Source of the DNA: Squalus acanthias
Taxonomy: Eukaryota
Assembly (NCBI GenBank): GCA_030390025.1
Contig: CM059425.1
Span: 167,836,001 to 167,900,000 of the forward strand
Direction: 5' to 3'
DNA: 64,000 nt
The notes under the pieces are model-generated. The model had not been told where the DNA came from. It saw only the letters and a list, made by a program, of their open reading frames with translations, and searched no databases. Positions 62,444 to 64,000 of this stretch are shown here, piece by piece. Numbering within the stretch: the first letter of the stretch is position 1; each line of letters starts with the position of its first letter. A program made the translations under genes and the position numbers.

Positions 62444-64000
62444 GGCTTCATCCATAGTGACAAGGAGGTGCTTCTGCAACAAAGCACCTCCCCATTAAGA
62501 AGTACAGAGAGCCTAGGCAAAATTTTATTGGCCAGTAGACTGCACCTGATATTGGGCCTGCTCTTGAGTGCTAAGCCAACCAGCAGCGCATTTAGCGCTG
62601 AGCTCAGTGCTCCAATCGTGTAAATGAGCAGGCAGCACGAATTTTGCATGCTTCCTGCACCACTTTGAACGGGCGCAGGTAGATCGCTCCCCGTACCCGT
62701 CTTTGAACCTAATCGTATTTCACCCCCTGTGTTTTTAGACACAAAACAAAAAGAATGGGATTTTCAGCTTGTTTTTCAATCTTACATAAAATAAATTACA
62801 GAGAGGTGCCAGATGCATAACTCACATGGACTGATGTATATTTTGTTTATGCAGTATGTTCAGCATATAATTAGCATTTTTAAATCAATATAATTAATTC
62901 AATTAATTACTTTTTGTTGCCTCATCTTTGTTTTTTGACAGTCTCATCATTCCATCTGCAATATATATGATTGGATTTTCCTTCTTTTTACTGGCTGTTT
63001 TGGGTGGTTTTGGGGATACTGAAAAGAGTTAAAAAAAAGGGCAATATAGTCTATCACCGCAAAACCGCCCTAAAAAGTTGCAACAAAATTATTCTTAGTA
63101 AAACCCACCAGTCTGCAGTATCACGCACCCCACCGCATGTAAATAGGGGCAGGTGGGCATGACCACGGTCTCTGCACAATTTCTCCCAATTACTGCCCCA
63201 AATAAGAATACCGCCAAATATATAAATCGCATTATGAGCAGCACAGTGGTATCCTTGAGGGAGATGCTCCATTCTCGTTGTAACATGCGGCTACCAGGAT
63301 GGTAGAAAGCGAACTAGACAGATCTTGGTCTTTTTTCATCTGGTAATTCCTATGTTTCTATTCTCCTATCTTGGGAAAGGCCATGAAGAACATCAATACA
63401 TGTCTGATGTTCTGCTTGCATCTTTCTCTTCATGGCGAGTCCCCTGATATCATCATGCATAGTGTTAAGTGGCTGCTGCAGTCTCCAGATTCTGGGATGG
63501 TCGAATGGATGGTAGAGGTGAGGGAGCAAGGATCTAGGATGTGACATTTCAGTGTGCTAGCATGCATCCCAGGATGCGAAACACTTGGCGTGAGTAGTGC
63601 CAAGTGACTTCTGGGACAAAAACACAGTGTCATGTGATACCCCAAAGGTCATTGTTTGACTATTGTGTTAGGGAATTTCCATTTGCTTCTCTGTAATTCA
63701 GTTATCTGCCCTATTATTAATCTGAAAACACTCTTAGCTTTGCTGACCAAGTGAGGCCATTAAACTTCTGTCAACACTGCAAGGGAGTCCTGGGGTTATG
63801 GAGCTCCCACTTACAGCCAGAACCACCTCTCGTCACCTGGCCCGTCCTGCTACATGTATTGGCTTCATCCCTGGTACTCCAACTATTGCATCCCTCCTTG
63901 CTCTAATTTAGGACAGAAGTACTTCCACATCAGACTCAGAGAAGAGAGCCTCACCTTTTCCCTTCAATTGTGTCAGCTATTTGAGTTCCTTTTCCAAAAG

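Larger units (their letters stand above)
59430..62727. mobile_element. Harbinger with a deletion joining the transposase to the 3' end of the Myb gene; left terminus not identified
   Basis: Right terminus TATTTCACCCCC; two convergent genes. Confidence 0.78.

Noticed and set aside
62730..64000. Short ORFs and possible old LINE/MITE fragments at the window end
   Set aside because: Too degenerate to assign by eye; no coherent exon structure

Overview
This is repeat-dense eukaryotic DNA, almost certainly from a cartilaginous fish (it carries an HE1-type SINE and elasmobranch-type CR1, L2 and RTE LINEs). I found no convincing host protein-coding gene. Most of the window is nested transposon debris: several two-gene PIF/Harbinger elements (HARBI1-like DDE transposase plus a convergent, intron-containing Myb/SANT-like gene), their non-autonomous derivatives and MITEs, LINE and SINE fragments, and two Penelope-like element (PLE) insertions. 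The outstanding feature is a ~4-kb near-perfect palindrome (10786-14743, arms ~1.98 kb, 2-nt spacer). It is made of two head-to-head, 5'-truncated Neptune-like PLE copies, each with an uninterrupted RT + GIY-YIG frame. The right arm ends with a minimal hammerhead ribozyme motif; the left arm stops exactly after the ribozyme's CUGAGGA box. The palindrome sits without a target-site duplication just downstream of the putative Myb-gene promoter of a Harbinger element, which makes it a candidate fold-back retrotransposition product and natural hairpin-RNA locus. All calls were read by eye; boundaries of degenerate fragments are approximate.
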